Part shown: positions 63,468-64,000 of the stretch, one piece after another | Position numbering within the stretch: the stretch's first letter is position 1 | Layout of the letters: each line of letters opens with the position of its first letter | NCBI GenBank assembly: GCA_018266755.1 | Contig: JAFDZW010000002.1 | Span: 289,166 to 353,165, forward strand | Source: Bacteroidota bacterium | GTDB taxonomy: Bacteria; Bacteroidota; Ignavibacteria; Palsa-1295 | Length of the DNA: 64,000 nt | Reading direction: 5' to 3' | Position numbers and translations under genes: made by a program | The notes under the pieces: generated by a model | Told to the model about the DNA's origin: nothing | The model's database searches: none | Seen by the model: only the letters and a program-made list of their open reading frames with translations

Positions 63468-64000
63468 ATGATATCAGTTCGGATCATCGGCGCAGGTCGG
63501 CCTGCGCCACCTGTCGTGCTCATCCATGCCTTTCCGCTGTCGAGCGCGATGTATCGGGATGCGGCAACCATGCTTGCCGATACCCTCCCTGACCGCTCGA
63601 TCGTATTGGTCGATCTCCCCGGCTTCGGCGATGCGGCACGACAAGCTGCATGGACAATCAGCGGCGCAATGAAACAGCTTCACCACGAATTAGCAGAGCG
63701 GAATATCCGCGACTGTATCGTCGGCGGCACATCGATGGGCGGTTATGCTGCGTTTGCATACTATCGGCTCTACTCGGAGGAGATCCAGGCGCTGATTTTT
63801 AGCAACACAAAAGCCGAGGCGGATGACGAACCGGCGAAGAAGGGCCGCGAAGAATATGCGCTCGACGTCGAGCATCATGGGATCGACGCCGTCATCAAAC
63901 GGCAACTCAATGCACTTGTCGGTGAGACAACAAAACGTTCGCGACCGGATCGGTTTAGAGAACTTCAGCAACTCATTACCCTGACAGATCCTCTCGCCGT
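63468..64000 (+). CDS. alpha/beta-fold hydrolase (partial; runs off the window end)
   Basis: It is not in the ORF track because no stop falls inside the window. My hand translation is open from ATG 63468: MISVRIIGAGRPAPPVVLIHAFPLSSAMY...IVGGTSMGGYAAFAYY (GxSxG nucleophile elbow). Confidence 0.7.
   Translation, partial: MISVRIIGAGRPAPPVVLIHAFPLSSAMYRDAATMLADTLPDRSIVLVDLPGFGDAARQAAWTISGAMKQLHHELAERNIRDCIVGGTSMGGYAAFAYYRLYSEEIQALIFSNTKAEADDEPAKKGREEYALDVEHHGIDAVIKRQLNALVGETTKRSRPDRFRELQQLITLTDPLA

Overview
This is a 64-kb chromosomal window of roughly 55-58% GC by eye. It probably comes from an FCB-group bacterium (Bacteroidota / Ignavibacteriota / Chlorobi-like). That is inferred from at least 7 proteins ending in Por/T9SS-type C-terminal sorting domains, while most genes still carry clear GGAGG-type ribosome-binding sites.

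Contents:
- The 5' ~645 nt of a 23S rRNA gene (minus strand) with no 16S or spacer tRNAs upstream.
- About 48 protein genes. Housekeeping genes include mltG, pgsA-pgpA-cinA, ppsA, dxr, rseP, rlmN, bcp, rubrerythrin, Hsp20, a fatty-acid desaturase, a CADD/PqqC-like enzyme, an OYE flavoenzyme, two tandem S9 peptidases, a heptose-1-P adenylyltransferase, and GlcE/GlcF-like proteins.
- A large load of secreted, lipoprotein or T9SS-cargo proteins: an M4 metalloprotease, Asp-box/BNR propellers, Reg_prop, PKD/IPT, and choice-of-anchor-D-like Ig arrays. Using my coordinates, these cover about 25% of the window.
- An ECF sigma / anti-sigma / lipoprotein operon.

The most striking non-coding signal is a family of nested palindromic intergenic elements (core GTCATTCTGAGCGAAGCGAAGAATCCC and its inverted copy). 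It has 8 full copies plus a half copy, and at least three other palindromic element types are present.

I found no CRISPR array, transposase, integrase, prophage genes, toxin-antitoxin pair or recognisable defence-system enzymes (no nuclease, helicase or Walker-ATPase candidates). I do not see a convincing, clearly novel multi-gene system. The best candidates for follow-up are:
- the palindromic element families;
- the ECF sigma / anti-sigma operon, whose anti-sigma ends in an outer-membrane-barrel-like domain and is coupled to a BNR lipoprotein;
- a lipoprotein directly upstream of the M4 protease that may be an emfourin-like inhibitor;
- a papain/C39-like Cys-His-Asp signature inside a PKD/IPT lipoprotein;
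- an OYE-Fn3 fusion;
- the unlinked 23S gene.

All domain calls rest on motif recognition by eye. No searches were run.
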